A DNA stretch of 46,307 nt. It comes from a virus (lineage: Duplodnaviria > Heunggongvirae > Uroviricota > Caudoviricetes). The position numbers and the translations under genes are program-made. Below the pieces are notes generated by a model, which made no database searches, was not told the DNA's origin, and was given only the letters and a program-made list of their open reading frames with translations. The stretch is from the IMG/VR virus record IMGVR_UViG_2721755721_000003, positions 1-46,307 of that record, one strand, 5' to 3'. Below are positions 46,059 through 46,307 of this stretch, in pieces (position 1 is the stretch's first letter; each line of letters opens with the position of its first letter).

Positions 46059-46307
46059 TTAGTGAACAAACCACTCGTCAGCAGACTCCCAGGTATCTTT
46101 CAGAGTCTCCTGAACAAATGTTTTTGCAGAATCCTTATCTGCTGTGCGTGTAACAGAAAGCCCATCATTGCTGGTGGCTTTTACGATCACCTCTACATCG
46201 TCATAACGTTTACTGATGCGTCGGGTTAATTCTTCCTTTAACGCATCCACAGCACCGTTTGGCATTTTAGTCATTTTTTCTTTGGCTATGCAGATTTCAA
46301 TACGCAT
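46059..46307 (-). CDS. dinI: DinI-family protein (DNA-damage-inducible protein I-like)
   Basis: 82 aa: [11 protein letters not shown]…[11 protein letters not shown] resembles E. coli DinI; the start codon is the last three bases of the window, so the promoter is not visible. Confidence 0.8.
   Translation of the reverse strand: MRIEICIAKEKMTKMPNGAVDALKEELTRRISKRYDDVEVIVKATSNDGLSVTRTADKDSAKTFVQETLKDTWESADEWFVH

Larger units (their letters stand above)
1..46307. mobile_element. Lambdoid prophage (near-complete; int at left edge, tail fibre/effector cargo and dinI at right edge)
   Basis: Colinear lambda-like gene order: int/xis, cI with operators, replication genes, Q, lysis genes, cos, Nu1-A-W-B-C-D-E-FI-FII-Z-U-V-G-T-H-M-L-K-I-J-lom-stf. 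Boundaries (att sites) are not visible inside the window. Confidence 0.9.

Noticed and set aside
1-46307. CRISPR arrays, insertion sequences or transposases
   Set aside because: No spaced direct-repeat array and no transposase-like ORF or terminal inverted repeats were seen anywhere in the window.

Overview
This window is almost entirely one near-complete lambdoid (lambda-like) prophage of an enterobacterial host, most likely an attaching/effacing E. coli (EHEC/EPEC-like), given an NleG-type effector gene and a NanS-p esterase gene. All calls are from reading the sequence and the ORF track against remembered protein families; no database search was run, so start codons and family names are provisional. 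Order, left to right: integrase/excisionase on the minus strand (attL presumably just left of the window); an early-left arm of uncharacterized minus-strand genes with no recognisable exo/bet/gam or N; CI repressor flanked by TTGATAC-type operator repeats; a cro-position gene; two Rha-family genes; replication genes (O-like, DnaC-like loader, DnaB-like helicase); a DUF968/HNH-like protein and a Q antiterminator; a post-Q accessory island (unknown protein with a possible WYL-like domain, small winged-helix protein, orphan N6-adenine methyltransferase); a tRNA cluster; an stx-less slot; NanS-p; a phage-21-type lysis cassette; cos; and a lambda-like head and tail module from Nu1 to J, lom and a collagen-repeat side tail fibre. 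The right end carries AT-rich cargo (NleG-like U-box effector plus an unknown 257-aa protein) inserted ahead of a truncated tfa remnant, then a dinI-like gene. The best candidates for undescribed biology are the post-Q WYL-like gene, the overlapping operon ending in an SPFH lipoprotein, the unknown early-left cluster, the stx-slot ORFs and the 257-aa cargo protein.
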